From an uncultured Spirochaetales bacterium (GTDB lineage Bacteria; Myxococcota_A; UBA9160; SMWR01): 64,000 nucleotides of DNA. Each line of letters begins with the position of its first letter. Position 1 is the first letter of the stretch. A program made the translations under genes and the position numbers. Shown piece after piece: positions 43,964-52,751 of the stretch. The stretch is taken from positions 4,607-68,606 of the forward strand of contig CAYPSI010000120.1 of assembly GCA_964413375.1 (NCBI GenBank), in the 5' to 3' direction. Under the pieces are notes generated by a model, which was not told where the DNA came from, did not search any database, and was given only the letters and a program-made list of their open reading frames with translations.

Positions 43964-46510
43964 GTGCGCAGCCGCGCGCCGAGGACGGGCGTTCGGAAGA
44001 CCTCGCGCCGCAGCGGCATCGCCACCTTCGCGCTGATCCTCGTGGCTGCCGCGCGGGTCGGCACGGCGGCGCAGCCGCCGGTCGCGATCTACGGCGCCGA
44101 GATCTTTGCCGACGGAGCGAGCGAGCGCGTGCTCGTGTTCGCCGACCGCCCGGTCGAGGCGAGGCTCGATCGCGTCGGCCCGGACCACCTGCGGCTCTGG
44201 ATCGCGGGCGCCGTGCTCGACGATTCGGCGCCGCGATGGCTGGCGCCTGCAGCGCCGCGCGAGGTCCTTCGCGTGGATCTCTCCGAGGCGTCCGGCCTCG
44301 ACACGCCCACCGTGCTGATCGAGATCCAGGGCACGCGAGCGATCGAGCGCGCCGAGCTTTCGCGCGAGGCCGCGCTCCTCGCCATCGAGATTCCGCTGCG
44401 CGCCGCGGAGCCGGGCGACGGGATCGTCCTCTCGATGCGCGCGACGTCGCTTCCGGACGCCGTGCGAGCGGTCGCGAGCTCGACCGGTACGCGTTTCGTC
44501 TTCGACGAGCGGCTCGCCGGTCGCGTGACGCTCAGCACTCCCGCACCGGTCAGCGTCGCCGAGGCGCTCGGCCTCCTCGATGTGGCGCTCGCTCTGAGCG
44601 GCTTCGTCGCACTCCCCGCCCCAGATGGATCGCGCCGCATCCTCCCGGCCGACCTCGCAGCGGCACTGGCTCCCTGGAAGCCGCAAGACGGCGGCGAGCC
44701 GGGCGAGCTGCGAGGTGAAGGCGAGCACGGGGCGGGCCCCCGCGCGGGATCGCTCGAGAGCGACCGCGAGGCCCCGGTCGTGACGCTCGTGCGGCTCGCT
44801 GCGGCGCGCGCGGAGGAGGCGGTCGCTGCCTTGCGTCCCTGGCTCGGAGGCGCCCTCGCCTACGCCCACGCACCCGGCAACGCCGTGCTACTCGCCGGCT
44901 CCGAAGCGCGCCTGCACGGAATCCTGGCGCTGCTGCGCGCCCTCGACGAGGCAGCGGCGGAGACGCTCTGGGTGCGCCGCGTGCGCCACCGCCCGGCGGG
45001 CGACCTCGCGGAGTGGCTGCGCGCGGGGCTCGCAGCGCCCCGAGGCCGGGCTTCGAGCGCCCAAGTCTGGTCCGACGCGCGCAGCAACGCACTCATCGTG
45101 CGGGCTTCCCACGATGAACTCGGCGCGATCCAGGCACGGGTCGCGAGGCTCGACCGGGCCGAAGCCCAGCAGGGCGCGTTGCGCGTACTGCGCGTGCGCC
45201 ACGCGGAACCCCGGGCGCTGGCCGAACGGATCCGCGCCCTCGCAGCCTCGGGCGAGGCGGCGGAGGGAGCGACGCTCGCGACGCGGGCGCTCTCGGTCGC
45301 ACTCGACGCGCCCACCCACTCGCTACTGATCGCGGCCGACCCGGAGACCCATGGCCTGGTCGAGGATCTGGTGCACGAGCTCGATCGCCCGGCCCGGCGC
45401 ATCGCCGTCGAGGCGATCGTGCTCCAGGTCGAATCCGACGCCTCGCTCGCGATCGGCTTCGACGCCTTCCTCCCGCTCGTGATGCCCAAGGCACCGGGCG
45501 ATCTCGTCGCGGCAATGCTCCTCGATCCGACCGGCGCAGGCCTCTTGCAACCGGGCGCCGGAGCGGGGCCCGCGGGCGCGGCGCGCTACACGCGCGAGCC
45601 GCTCGTGATCCCGATCGTCGACGCCAACGGGAATCCGACCGAGGTGCTGGTTCCGCGCGAGAGCTTCGTCGTGACGGCCGACGGACGGGAGATCACCTCG
45701 CGCGTGCTGATGCGCCCGCATCTCGTGGTGGCGAGCGGCGAGGAGCAGGAGATCTTCGCGGGCGATCAGGTCCCGATCCCGGTCGCCGCGAAGGAAACCG
45801 GAAACGTCTTCGAGGTGAGGCAGGAGATCGAGCGCCAGGACGTCGGCGTGCGGATGCGCGTGCGGCCGACGCTCGGCGCGGCGGGCCTGGTGCGGCTCGA
45901 GCTCGACCTCGAGCTCTCGCACGTGGTGGCCGGAGCCCGCGTCGGCCGGCACGCGGGGCCGGTGCTGCGCCAGCGGCGGCTCCAGTCCACCGTCCACCTC
46001 GCCGACGGCGAAGTCGCCGTCGTCGGGCTCGCGCGCGAGGAGCTCGATCAGGCGATGCAGCGGGGAACGCCCGGGCTCGCGGATGCCCCCGGCATCGGCG
46101 CGCTCTTCCGCGCCACACAGGAGCGCCGACGCACAGCCGAGGTCGCCGTTGCGGTGCACGTGCGCGTCCTCCGCGACGACGCCGAGCTCGCCGCGGACGG
46201 GATCCGCCGACGCCTCGGCGTCGAGCGCAGCCTCGCTCGGCAGGGCCCCCTCGGCGCGCACGGCGACGCAGGCTGGGCGCTGCTCGTCGCGACGCACGAC
46301 GAGGCGGCGGTGGCCGGTGCGCTCGCCGACTCGCTCGCGCGCGAGGGTCTCGCGATGCGGACCGTCGCATGGACCTGGGAGGGTCTCACCCGCTTCGACG
46401 TCTACGCGACCGGCTTTGCGGACCTCCCGGCCGCCGCCGCCAGCGCGAGCCGCCTGGCGGCCCGTGGGCTCAACGCCGAGCTCGTAGCGCTTCCGGTTCC
46501 CGGGGCCTGA
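43964..46510 (+). CDS. secretin (GspD/PilQ family) with N-terminal AMIN-like domain and C-terminal SPOR-like domain
   Basis: Last 848 codons of track ORF 42212..46510. The GTG at 43964 lies 8 nt after the OMP stop. Signal-like segment RKTSRRSGIATFALILVAAARVGTAA. Repeated secretin_N-like units (VVTLVRLAAARAEEAVAALRPWL...; LRVLRVRHAEPRALAERIRAL...). Secretin core: QEIFAGDQVPIPV...VGVRMRVRPTL...STVHLADGEVAVVGL...TPGLADAPGIGALFR. C-terminal segment: GWALLVATHDEAAVAGALADSLAREGL...FDVYATGFADLPAAAASASRLAARGLNAELVAL. Confidence 0.75.
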   Translation: MRSRAPRTGVRKTSRRSGIATFALILVAAARVGTAAQPPVAIYGAEIFADGASERVLVFADRPVEARLDRVGPDHLRLWIAGAVLDDSAPRWLAPAAPREVLRVDLSEASGLDTPTVLIEIQGTRAIERAELSREAALLAIEIPLRAAEPGDGIVLSMRATSLPDAVRAVASSTGTRFVFDERLAGRVTLSTPAPVSVAEALGLLDVALALSGFVALPAPDGSRRILPADLAAALAPWKPQDGGEPGELRGEGEHGAGPRAGSLESDREAPVVTLVRLAAARAEEAVAALRPWLGGALAYAHAPGNAVLLAGSEARLHGILALLRALDEAAAETLWVRRVRHRPAGDLAEWLRAGLAAPRGRASSAQVWSDARSNALIVRASHDELGAIQARVARLDRAEAQQGALRVLRVRHAEPRALAERIRALAASGEAAEGATLATRALSVALDAPTHSLLIAADPETHGLVEDLVHELDRPARRIAVEAIVLQVESDASLAIGFDAFLPLVMPKAPGDLVAAMLLDPTGAGLLQPGAGAGPAGAARYTREPLVIPIVDANGNPTEVLVPRESFVVTADGREITSRVLMRPHLVVASGEEQEIFAGDQVPIPVAAKETGNVFEVRQEIERQDVGVRMRVRPTLGAAGLVRLELDLELSHVVAGARVGRHAGPVLRQRRLQSTVHLADGEVAVVGLAREELDQAMQRGTPGLADAPGIGALFRATQERRRTAEVAVAVHVRVLRDDAELAADGIRRRLGVERSLARQGPLGAHGDAGWALLVATHDEAAVAGALADSLAREGLAMRTVAWTWEGLTRFDVYATGFADLPAAAASASRLAARGLNAELVALPVPGA

Positions 46511-47438
46511 GCCGGCCCCGGCGCGGCGCGCGGCCAGCCGCCGCCGCGAGCGAGCCTCCGAGGCGCCCCCGCGCGTCCATCCACACGTTCGGGAGTCCCA
46601 GCCGATCGAGCCAGGCCGGGCCGGCGACCCGGCCGCGAAGCATCGCCACGGTCGAAGCGGTGCCGGCCACCAGGCAGTGAGCTGCTGCGACGCTGACGGC
46701 GGAGAGACCCGAGACGGGCCAGCCGCTGCGCGGGTCGAGAACGTGTGCGTAGCGCCGCCCGTCGACGACGAGGCAGCGCTCGTAGTCGCCGCTGCTCGCG
46801 AGCCCCCCGCCGAGAAGCGAGACGGTCGCCATCGCGCTCCCGGGATCGCGGGGATCTCGGATCCCGATCCGCCAGGGAACGCCACCCGGGTGCGGACCCA
46901 CGACGGCGAGGTCTCCACCGAGATCGACGAGGCCGTGATGCGCGCCGTGTCGGCGGCAGAGCTCCGCCGCCCGATCGGCCGCGTACTCCTTCACGTAGCC
47001 TCCGAAGTCGAGCTCCATGCCCGCGTCTGGAAGCGCGACCCTCGGCCGCTCCCAGAGAACGCGCCCGAAGCCCACGAGCGGGAGCAGCGCCAGGATCTCC
47101 TCGCGGCCGGGAACCCGCCCGGAGCGGAAGTTCCACGCGCGGCGCAGCACGCCCGAGCTGATGTCGAAGAGTCCGTCGCTCTCGCGGTACGCAGTCGCCG
47201 CGTAGTCGAGCAGCGTCGCCGTCTCCTCATCCACCACGACGCCCGCCGGATCGCCGGCACTGCGATTGATCCGGGAGGCGAGGCTCGTCTCCTGGTAGCG
47301 CGAGAACTTTCGCTCGAGGCGGCCCACTTCGGCGATGGCCGCTCCCGCCACCGCGCAGGCGGCCTGCTGCGAGCCGCCGTAGAGCCGGATCTCGCAGGGG
47401 CTCCCCATCGCGCGAAAAGGAAAGTGGAAGAGCTCCAC
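46470..47438 (-). CDS. apbE: FAD:protein FMN transferase (ApbE family)
   Basis: FRAMGSPCEIRLYG, FSRYQETSLASRINRSAG, DFGGYVKEYAADRAA and LVDLGGDLAVVG are typical ApbE blocks. Confidence 0.85.
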   Translation of the reverse strand: MELFHFPFRAMGSPCEIRLYGGSQQAACAVAGAAIAEVGRLERKFSRYQETSLASRINRSAGDPAGVVVDEETATLLDYAATAYRESDGLFDISSGVLRRAWNFRSGRVPGREEILALLPLVGFGRVLWERPRVALPDAGMELDFGGYVKEYAADRAAELCRRHGAHHGLVDLGGDLAVVGPHPGGVPWRIGIRDPRDPGSAMATVSLLGGGLASSGDYERCLVVDGRRYAHVLDPRSGWPVSGLSAVSVAAAHCLVAGTASTVAMLRGRVAGPAWLDRLGLPNVWMDARGRLGGSLAAAAGRAPRRGRLRPREPEALRARR

Positions 47439-47441
47439 GCC

Positions 47442-48626
47442 TCAGAACCTCGCGCTGAGTGCGATCGAGAAGAGGTGGAAGGAGACGAGTCCGGGATTCT
47501 CGAGCGAGACCTTCCCGAGCGCATAGTCCCCGGAGCTCAGATAGCGCTGCCACGAGAAGGCCGCGCGCCAGTCGATGGGCCCCGTCGCAAAACGCGTCTC
47601 GGCCTTCAGGCGCCACGAGATCGCACCGTAGGGCGAGAGCCGATAGTCGCTCGAGGCCTCGCCATCGGAAGGCGCCGTCTCGAAATAGGGGCCGTAGAAG
47701 TCCGCCTGGCTCTGGCTGTAGTAGCGGAAGGAGGGGACCAGGTGGATCGCATCCCAGATCGCCTGATCCCAGGCCAGCTCGAGCGTGTGCGAAGTGACCT
47801 TCCAATCGTCCGCGTAGAAGCGGTAATCCGCCTGGAGCGTGCCGGCGATCGGCTCGACGTGGTGCCGATAGCGCGTGAGCCAGGTGAGCTGATGCCGCGC
47901 ATCCGGGCGGCTGTCGGCGACCGGATTGCCTGCCACGAGCACCTGTTTGTAGGGATCCGAGAGGTAGCCCGTCTGGCGCTGGAAGGTGAGCGAAGACTGG
48001 AGCGCCGCTTCGCGGCTCAGGATCTGCGCGATTCCGGCGAAGACCGTGCCGCTCCACTTCTTCTCGTGCGAGGGGCGCGTCGGAAAGAGCTCGGCGTCGG
48101 TGGGCTCGATCCGATCGATCGAGAACGCGCTGCCCGCGGAGAGGGTCGTCCGCTTGTCCGCGAACTCGCGCTCGCCGCGCAGGCTCCCGTTCCACGCGAA
48201 GTAGTCGTTCTCCTTCGAGATCCCCCCGCCGAGGGTCGCCCGACCGCGATCGAAGTGCAGCATCGCCTCGACGAGCGCATCCGTGCGCTGGTCCTCGATC
48301 GTGGCGCCGCTCATGACCTGCACCGGGTTGCCATCGGCGTCCGGGATGACGTACCAGGGCGAGGCGCCGCTCATCTTCTCGTGCACCAGATCGACCCCGA
48401 GATCGACGCGCGCAAAGAGCGGGCCGGCGAGACGGATCTGGTGGATGTCGACTTCGTAGCGGCTGCGCTCGCCGCCGGGCGTCACCTTCGACGCAGGCAG
48501 CGGGTCCTCGGAGTAGCGCGAGTAGCTGTACTCGGCCGAAAGCTGCGAAAGGGGGCCCTCCGCTGCAGCGTCCCGCGCGAGGCCCGGAAGCGCCAGCGCC
48601 GCGCTGCTGAGGGCCGCGAGCGCCAC
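47442..48626 (-). CDS. DUF3570 domain-containing (predicted outer-membrane barrel) protein
   Basis: Track ORF 47442..48911. YSYSRYSED...YEVDIHQIRL...ENDYFAWNGSL...YLSDPYKQV...YRFYADDW...FRYYSQSQADFY matches my recollection of DUF3570. The start is uncertain. The GTG at 48626 is the only canonical start downstream of the DUF4266 stop. The in-frame upstream stretch is hyper-basic (RRRARRRRARREPARRRCRKRRS). Confidence 0.65.
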   Translation of the reverse strand: MALAALSSAALALPGLARDAAAEGPLSQLSAEYSYSRYSEDPLPASKVTPGGERSRYEVDIHQIRLAGPLFARVDLGVDLVHEKMSGASPWYVIPDADGNPVQVMSGATIEDQRTDALVEAMLHFDRGRATLGGGISKENDYFAWNGSLRGEREFADKRTTLSAGSAFSIDRIEPTDAELFPTRPSHEKKWSGTVFAGIAQILSREAALQSSLTFQRQTGYLSDPYKQVLVAGNPVADSRPDARHQLTWLTRYRHHVEPIAGTLQADYRFYADDWKVTSHTLELAWDQAIWDAIHLVPSFRYYSQSQADFYGPYFETAPSDGEASSDYRLSPYGAISWRLKAETRFATGPIDWRAAFSWQRYLSSGDYALGKVSLENPGLVSFHLFSIALSARF

Positions 48627-48750
48627 GCTGCGCCGCTTGCGGCATCGACGCCGTGCGGGCTCACGTCGCGCGCGGCGGCGCCGTGCGCGACGCCGCCCGA
48701 TGGCGTGCGACGGCCTCAGGAGCGGATCGGGGGCGCCCCGCGGCGCGAGA

Positions 48751-48963
48751 TCAGTTGCATCCGCATCCCCCGCCGCCAGCGCCCCCGCCCGGGAGCGACG
48801 CCTCCTTGCTGAAGTAGACGTGCTGGCTGCGCCGGGACTCCATCGGGTCCGGGTCGAAGGCCATCTCGGGCTTCGCCAGGAGGTCGCGCTCCCACGGCTG
48901 CACCGGCGCACAGGCAGCGCAGGCGAGGAGGCCCAGCAGCGAGCCGATGGCTACGCGCAGCAT
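48751..48963 (-). CDS. DUF4266-like small lipoprotein ending in GGGCGCN
   Basis: MLRVAIGSLLGLLACAAC carries a lipobox. It contains ERDLLAKPEMAFDPDP and a Gly/Cys C-terminus, GGGAGGGGCGCN. Confidence 0.7.
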   Translation of the reverse strand: MLRVAIGSLLGLLACAACAPVQPWERDLLAKPEMAFDPDPMESRRSQHVYFSKEASLPGGGAGGGGCGCN

Positions 48964-48968
48964 CGCGC

Positions 48969-49481
48969 TCAGCGCCCGCCGACGAGATCGGCGATCCGGG
49001 CGCGCAGAATCGCCACGTCACCACGTTCGAAGCCGCGGTGCACGTAGCGGATCACGCCCTTGCGATCGATCAGGTATGAGGTGGGCATCGTCTCGACCCC
49101 GAAACGCGCGGGAATCAGGCCCTCCGGATCCATCGCGCTCGCGTAGCCGACGGGGCTGCGCGCCAGGAAACGACGCGCCGCTTCGGGCTCGCGATCGACG
49201 TTCACCGCGAGCACCGCGAAGGCCTCGGCCGGAAACTCGCGGCGCAACATCTCGAGCGCCGGTAGCGCCGTGCGGCAGGGGGCGCACCAGGAAGCCCAGA
49301 AGTCGAGGTACACGACCTTGCCGCGCGCGGCGGAGAGCGACACGGGTGCTCCACCCACGAGCGCCGGAGCGCTCCAGTCGGGAGCCACGTCGCCTTCCTC
49401 GATCGCGAACGCGGGCCGAGCGACGAGCGCGGCGCAGATCGCGAGCAAGCAAACGAGAGAGGAGGGAGTCTGCGGGTACAT
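48969..49481 (-). CDS. TlpA-family periplasmic thiol:disulfide oxidoreductase
   Basis: In frame with track ORF 48969..50687, starting at ATG 49481. It has a signal peptide and LDFWASWCAPCR (the WCxxC thioredoxin motif). Confidence 0.85.
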   Translation of the reverse strand: MYPQTPSSLVCLLAICAALVARPAFAIEEGDVAPDWSAPALVGGAPVSLSAARGKVVYLDFWASWCAPCRTALPALEMLRREFPAEAFAVLAVNVDREPEAARRFLARSPVGYASAMDPEGLIPARFGVETMPTSYLIDRKGVIRYVHRGFERGDVAILRARIADLVGGR

Positions 49482-49537
49482 CGACGGCTCGCTCTCCCAT
49501 CGCATCGACCGGCGGGCGGGCGCCCGCGTGATTCGGA

Positions 49538-51343
49538 TCACGACGCGGCCGCGGCGCGGAGCGCCCCGACCAGCAGATCGACCGTGAGCAGCTCCGGAAG
49601 CATCCGCGGCGTCGCAGCGTCGCCCCCCCCATAGACGACGTAGGCGGGGACGCCGGCGCGTCCGAAGCGCGCCAGCTCGGAGCGGATCGCCTCGTCGCGG
49701 CGGGTCCAGTCCGCGCGAAAGACCGCGACGCCGAGCTCGCGAAGCGTCGCGCGGACGCGTTCGTCGTCGAGCACGAGCCGCTCGTTCAGCTTGCAGGTCA
49801 CGCACCAGTCGGCCGTGAAGTAGACGAAGGCCACGCGACCGGACGCGACCTGCGCCGCGACCGCTACCGGGTCGAAGACGAGCGCCGGCGCAGCGTCGTC
49901 TCCGACCATCGCCTCGAAGCGCGAGAGTCCCACTAGAGTCGCCAGCAGCGCCGCCCCGATCGATACCGTTGCCGCGAGACGCCCGCGCCCCTCCGCGCGC
50001 TGCCGCCAGCCGAGCCCGTGCGCGACGAGTGCCGCGAGCCAGAGCAGCACGAGCGTCGCCGAGACCGCGCCGGACTCCGCGACGCGACCGAGGACGAAGA
50101 GCAGCCAGACGACGGTCGCGAGCAGCGCGAGACCGCCGAGCCGGCGCAGCTCCAGCATCCACGGACCCCCGCGCGGGAGGAAGCGCATCGCCCCGGGTGC
50201 GACGACGACCACGAGGACCGGCAGGGCGAGGCCGAGGCCGATCGCGGCGAAGACGACGAGCACCTGCTCGGCGGAGCCCGCAAGCGCGAAGCCCACCGCC
50301 GCACCGAGGCAGGGGGCCGTGCAGGGAGTCGCGAGCGCCACCGCGAGAAGCCCATCGAGAAAGCTCCGGCGCGGGCCCGTCGCCTGCGAGCCGACCCGGG
50401 CGAGTGAACCCGGAGGGGCGCCGATCTCGTAGACCCCGAGCAGGTTCGCCGCGAGGAGTGCCGTCACGATCGCGAGCGCCGCCACGAAACGGGGCTCCTG
50501 GAGCTGGAAGCCCCAGCCGACGGAGGCCCCGCCCGCACGCACGAGGAGCGTCGCCGTCGCGAGCATCCCCATCGCGGAGAGGGTTCCTCCCGCATAGGCG
50601 AGCGCGTGGGCCACCATCGCCCGCCGCTCGAGGCGGGCTACCTCGGCGAGCCAGGCGAGCTTGATCGCAAGCACCGGCAGCACGCACGGCATCGCGTTGA
50701 GCAGCAGCCCGCCGAGGAGCCCGAGCGCCACGGCGGCCAGCAGGCCCGAGGCGCCCGCTGGCGACGACGCGCGGGAGCCGCGCCCGACCGCATGCTGTGT
50801 CTCGAGCGGGAGCGCGGCGAAGCGCGCGCGCACCCGCGCGGCATCCGGGTCCGCACGTCCATCGAGCGTGCGTACCAGCGAGATCTGCGCGGGGATGCAG
50901 CGGTCACGGCATGCGACGAGATCGATCTCGGCGCGCGCGACGCTCGGCATCGCGGCCTGACCTTCGAAGCGAGCTTCGCTCGGCAGCCAGAGCGTCCCCG
51001 AGTGAACTCGGGTCGCGAGGCCCTCCTCGACGAGCTCGCTCGGCGCAGGCCAGGCGATCGGAGCGACGCGGGCACCCTCCACATGGAGGGCGACGCGCGT
51101 CGGCAAGCCGAGCTCGCCGGGATCCCGGTCGTAGACGTGCCAGCCCGGTGCGATCTCGAGCTCGACGCCGAGACGCACGCGCCCTCGCGGCACCACGTCG
51201 TCCGGATGCGCTAGCAGCCGCGCGATGACTCGCGGCTCGCCCTCATCGATCGCGGCGGCCACGCGCAGGGAATCGCTCGGCTCTGCCGCAGCCGTACCCG
51301 CGAGCCATGCGAGGAGTCCCAGACCGGTGAGCGCTCGCCTCAT
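49538..51343 (-). CDS. DsbD/ScsB-family thiol:disulfide interchange protein (N-terminal periplasmic domain, TM core, C-terminal thioredoxin)
   Basis: In frame with track ORF 49538..51739, starting at ATG 51343 (MRRALTGLGLLAWLAGTAAA). N-domain motif VACRDRCIP. TM-core cysteines at NAMPCVLPVL and ATPCTAPCLG. C-terminal VYFTADWCVTCK. Confidence 0.8.
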   Translation of the reverse strand: MRRALTGLGLLAWLAGTAAAEPSDSLRVAAAIDEGEPRVIARLLAHPDDVVPRGRVRLGVELEIAPGWHVYDRDPGELGLPTRVALHVEGARVAPIAWPAPSELVEEGLATRVHSGTLWLPSEARFEGQAAMPSVARAEIDLVACRDRCIPAQISLVRTLDGRADPDAARVRARFAALPLETQHAVGRGSRASSPAGASGLLAAVALGLLGGLLLNAMPCVLPVLAIKLAWLAEVARLERRAMVAHALAYAGGTLSAMGMLATATLLVRAGGASVGWGFQLQEPRFVAALAIVTALLAANLLGVYEIGAPPGSLARVGSQATGPRRSFLDGLLAVALATPCTAPCLGAAVGFALAGSAEQVLVVFAAIGLGLALPVLVVVVAPGAMRFLPRGGPWMLELRRLGGLALLATVVWLLFVLGRVAESGAVSATLVLLWLAALVAHGLGWRQRAEGRGRLAATVSIGAALLATLVGLSRFEAMVGDDAAPALVFDPVAVAAQVASGRVAFVYFTADWCVTCKLNERLVLDDERVRATLRELGVAVFRADWTRRDEAIRSELARFGRAGVPAYVVYGGGDAATPRMLPELLTVDLLVGALRAAAAS

Positions 51344-51593
51344 CGGTCTTCGCAATCGGTTGCAGGCAGCCTCCGGAGCGTGACGAAAGACCCGAAGCGA
51401 CCGCAGCGCTACGACCCCGTTGCCGGTGCACGCCGCACGTAGCGGCTGCGAAGCTCCCGCGCGAATCGCCCGCGCCGCCTTGGCTTTGGCCGCTGGTGAC
51501 TCGTGATACCGGTTCCCCCCGCGCGCTGGCCGATCTCTCCCCTTGCGACCGCGCGTTGGCCCCGCCGACGCGGTCGGGAGCGGAGGCCCTGCG

Positions 51594-52751
51594 ATGCAAC
51601 AGCTCGGGATCGTCATCGCGATCGCCCTCGCCTTCACGGCCAGCGGCGCCGCGGCGGGGCCCCGCGAGCAGGCGAAGCGGATGCACGACCGCCTCGTCGG
51701 CGTGCCGCCGCCCGAGGCCCTCCTCGACGCGATGGCCACCGAGATCTCGGCCGGCGATCCGATCGCCGCAGCCTACCGGGCGATGGAGCATCCGGCCTTC
51801 TACACGACGCTGCTGCGCAACTTCGTGACGCCGTGGACCAACGTCGCGCAGACCGTGTTCGCAGAGCTCAACGACTACAGCGCGACGGTGATCGGGATGG
51901 TCCGGGACGAGGTGCCCTTCGACCAGATCCTCTCGGCGGATCTGGTCTACGTGGGCGCACCCGGCGTGGTCGGCGCCGCGTACTCGCACACGAACAACGA
52001 CCACTATCGGCAGCTCGAGGCGTCGCGCGCGAACCTCGGCGACCCGGCCGTGCTGGTGGCGCGCACCCAGTCGGGGATCTCGGGTTCCCAGCTCGCCGCG
52101 GCCGACACGGCGGGAGTGATGACGACGCGGGCCGCGGCCGAGGCCTTCTTCAGCGCCGGCACGAACCGTCGCATGTGGCGCTTCGTCGCGATGAACTTCC
52201 TGTGTCGCGACATGGAGGAGCTCAAGGACATCACCCGGCCGACGGGCCGGATCCGCCAGGACTTGAGTCGGAGCCCCGGAGGCGACAGCTCGGTGTTCCT
52301 GAACCACTGCTCCGGCTGCCACTCCGGGATGGACCCGATGGCGGGCGCCTATGCCTTCCTCGAGTGGGACGCGGCAGCGGAGCGTCTCGTCTCGACGCCG
52401 GGTCGCGTGCAGGCAAAGTATCTGATCAACGCAAACACCTTTCCGGCGGGCTACGCGACCGTCGACGACCGGTGGGACAACTACTGGCGCGCCGGCCCCT
52501 ACGCGTCCCTCGGCTGGCGCGGGCCCGAGGCCGGCGGCTTCGGGCCGAAGAGCCTCGGCCGCGAGGTCGCGGCGAGCCGGGCCTTCTCGCTCTGTCAGGT
52601 CGACAAGATCTTCGAGCTGGTCTGTTTCCACCCGCCGAGCTCGGCGGCGGAGCTCGCGGAGCGCGAGCGCATCGCCGACGTGTTCGAAGCCCGGGCCTAC
52701 AGCCTGAAGCGGGTCTTCGCCGAGGTGGCCACCACGTGCCGCGGCAACTGA
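51594..52751 (+). CDS. secreted CxxCH protein, DUF1588-like (planctomycete-cytochrome-type domain)
   Basis: ATG 51594 follows GGAGCGGAGG. Signal peptide MQQLGIVIAIALAFTASGAAAG. NHCSGCHSGMDPMAGAYAFLEWD resembles the CxxCHxxxDPxG block of DUF1588-type proteins. Confidence 0.55.
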   Translation: MQQLGIVIAIALAFTASGAAAGPREQAKRMHDRLVGVPPPEALLDAMATEISAGDPIAAAYRAMEHPAFYTTLLRNFVTPWTNVAQTVFAELNDYSATVIGMVRDEVPFDQILSADLVYVGAPGVVGAAYSHTNNDHYRQLEASRANLGDPAVLVARTQSGISGSQLAAADTAGVMTTRAAAEAFFSAGTNRRMWRFVAMNFLCRDMEELKDITRPTGRIRQDLSRSPGGDSSVFLNHCSGCHSGMDPMAGAYAFLEWDAAAERLVSTPGRVQAKYLINANTFPAGYATVDDRWDNYWRAGPYASLGWRGPEAGGFGPKSLGREVAASRAFSLCQVDKIFELVCFHPPSSAAELAERERIADVFEARAYSLKRVFAEVATTCRGN

